Shown here: positions 63,836 through 64,000 of the stretch, piece by piece
How positions within the stretch are numbered: the stretch's first letter is position 1
Layout: each line of letters begins with the position of its first letter
NCBI RefSeq assembly: GCF_018350175.1
Contig: NC_058368.1
Coordinates: 56,112,001-56,176,000, forward strand
Direction: 5' to 3'
Length of the DNA: 64,000 bases
DNA from: Felis catus
Lineage: Eukaryota
Program-made: the position numbers and the translations under genes
Notes under the pieces: model-generated
Database searches by the model: none
What the model saw: the letters and a program-made list of their open reading frames with translations, nothing else
What the model was told of the DNA's origin: nothing

Positions 63836-64000
63836 TTTTGCCTTCAGCTGCCCCAGGTGCCAAAAGGAAAGAAGACCAAGAAGAAGGTGGTCATGTGAAG
63901 AAACTGGAGGCCAACAAGGTGGTAGATCCGCTGTTTGAGAAAAGACCCAAAAATTTCATCCTCGCACAGGACCTCAAACCCGGAAGGGCCCTCATTGCTT
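63836..64000 (+). pseudogene. RPL7A: Processed pseudogene of 60S ribosomal protein L7a, 5' part (runs off the window)
   Basis: GTG replaces ATG at 63857; [10 protein letters not shown], a frameshifting deletion, then [29 protein letters not shown] versus RPL7A MPKGKKAKGKKV...[29 protein letters not shown]; no introns. Confidence 0.92.

Noticed and set aside
1..64000. CRISPR array or prokaryote-style system
   Set aside because: Mammalian DNA with no repeat-spacer array or operon-like ORF density.

Overview
AT-rich, repeat-dense mammalian DNA, most likely felid: the tRNA-derived CAN-SINEs are of the SINEC_Fc type and the LINE-1s are carnivore-type. No intact protein-coding gene, real tRNA/rRNA or CRISPR array is supported, and nearly all six-frame ORFs are SINE, L1 or microsatellite read-through. 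Repeats include about 22 CAN-SINEs, two roughly full-length minus-strand L1s (~17.1-24.2 kb, ~55.1-62.3 kb), a complex truncated L1 that splits a SINE and carries a 3' transduction (25.9-29.2 kb), two 5'-inverted L1s, old L1M/L1MC, MIR/L2, MLT1, an MLT2 LTR with ERV-L gag, and Tigger and Charlie relics. An RPL7A processed pseudogene starts at the right edge. The main unexplained signal is a series of minus-strand segments with canonical splice sites and compatible phases that splice into a mostly open frame with a few stops. This looks like a decayed multi-exon gene (unprocessed pseudogene) or a spliced lncRNA whose protein I cannot identify. Repeat family names are recognised from memory of consensus sequences, not from a search, and most repeat boundaries are approximate.
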